A stretch of 43,387 bases of DNA from a virus. Taxonomy: Duplodnaviria; Caudoviricetes. The first letter of the stretch is position 1. The number at the start of each line of letters is the position of its first letter. The stretch lies in the IMG/VR virus record IMGVR_UViG_3300010052_000188, positions 1-43,387 of that record; one strand, 5' to 3'. Positions 42,549-43,387 of this stretch are shown here, one piece after another. Under the pieces are notes generated by a model that saw nothing but the letters and a program-made list of their open reading frames with translations, made no database searches and was not told where the DNA came from. Both the position numbers and the translations under genes were made by a program.

Positions 42549-43387
42549 CGCTGGACGAAGGATGCGGACGCTACTGGATCGAAAAGGGGAAAAATCTTGG
42601 CTGGGCCGAACACGTCAAAAGACACCTCAAGTGGATTGTTGCCAGCGGCGGTCCGGATCTCATTCTGGCCGCCTACGGGACCAGCGACGTCGGGCAGCTT
42701 GTTGCTTACCGCGCCGCTCAAGGCGCGGGAGCGAGCGGCATTAATCGAACACTTGCGGTCTGCCGCCAAGTCCTGGGTCGCGCGCAAAAGGCGTGGGGCA
42801 TTGAAATCCAGCACATCGACTGGAAAGCCCACTGGCAGAAAGAGCCCAAAGGGCGCGTCCGCTGGCTCACGCTCGCGGAAGTCGTCCGGCTCTGCTCGTT
42901 CCTCCCGCACCACATCCGCCTCGCGGTCGAGTGGTCGGTCTACACGGGCTGCCGGCGCGAAGAAACCTTCGGCCTGAAATGGACCGCCGTGGGCTTGGAG
43001 CGCGGGGCTGTGGAAGTCGAGGGGAAGACCGGCAAGCGCACCGTCTGGCTCTCCGCGGAGACGCGGGCCATCATCGAGCAGTGCGACCGGAGCCAGGTCT
43101 ACGTGTTCGACCGGACCAACTGGCGGAAGCACTGGGAGGCGGCGCGAAAGGCGGCGGGCATCACCAATTTCCGCTGGCACGATCTCAGGCACACGCACGC
43201 CACGTGGCTGCGCCAGGGCGGCGCTCCGCTCGAGATCGTGGCGCGGTCGCTGGGACACTCAACGATCGCCGTCACGCAGCGGTACGCGCATGTGGACGAC
43301 CGGGAAGTGAAGGATGCTCTCCGGGCACTGCCGAGCCTGTCGGAGGCGAGCGGGAACGTGGTGCCGATGAAGGGGAAAAAAAGCTAG
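42374..43387 (+). CDS. int: Tyrosine integrase
   Basis: TGCRREE (R); K in GKTG; WHDLRHT (HxxR); LGH; RYAH (Y). Confidence 0.95.
   Translation: MSIYKRPGSPYWYSEIIVRGHRSIRSTRTTSRRDAEAFDREHRKEITARAGKPKRASLTLDEGCGRYWIEKGKNLGWAEHVKRHLKWIVASGGPDLILAAYGTSDVGQLVAYRAAQGAGASGINRTLAVCRQVLGRAQKAWGIEIQHIDWKAHWQKEPKGRVRWLTLAEVVRLCSFLPHHIRLAVEWSVYTGCRREETFGLKWTAVGLERGAVEVEGKTGKRTVWLSAETRAIIEQCDRSQVYVFDRTNWRKHWEAARKAAGITNFRWHDLRHTHATWLRQGGAPLEIVARSLGHSTIAVTQRYAHVDDREVKDALRALPSLSEASGNVVPMKGKKS

Larger units (their letters stand above)
1..43387. mobile_element. Temperate phage/prophage, podovirus-like, alphaproteobacterial host
   Basis: Integrase+Xis, XRE repressors, ERF, replication, terminase, portal, scaffold, capsid, tail, ejection and lysis genes in modular order; no tape-measure or sheath gene seen; GcrA homologue points to an alphaproteobacterial host. 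Confidence 0.95.

Noticed and set aside
1-43387. attL/attR direct repeats or terminal repeats
   Set aside because: The window starts at an ATG and ends at the int stop; no matching end repeats were seen

Overview
The whole 43.4-kb window reads as one GC-rich temperate phage or prophage. The host is inferred to be an alphaproteobacterium, probably Hyphomicrobiales, because the phage carries a GcrA homologue. The virion looks short-tailed (podovirus-like, P22-type portal, tail and ejection genes). Layout: accessory micro-genes (+, 1-1780); lysis (M15 endolysin with C-terminal TM, overlapping spanins, holin-like gene); ejection, tail and head genes and terminase (-, 3569-24034); an HNH-AP2 endonuclease; a ~270-nt hairpin-rich non-coding leader; a HigBA-type TA pair; a divergent HTH/membrane-protein moron; a NusG-paralogue antiterminator, GcrA, HNH and replication genes (-); an immunity region with two paralogous XRE proteins (one membrane-anchored) and CGTAAC-N5-GTTACG operators; and a rightward early operon (xA-repeat protein, ERF, DUF968-like, micro-genes, C5 methyltransferase, Xis, tyrosine integrase). 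The strongest leads are: (1) a cytosine methyltransferase split over two overlapping reading frames; (2) a Cro-less, S24-less switch with a TM-anchored repressor paralogue; (3) a NusG paralogue plus a structured late leader; (4) recurrent linker repeats at micro-gene boundaries. All family assignments come from reading motifs by eye; no database search was run. att sites could not be located.
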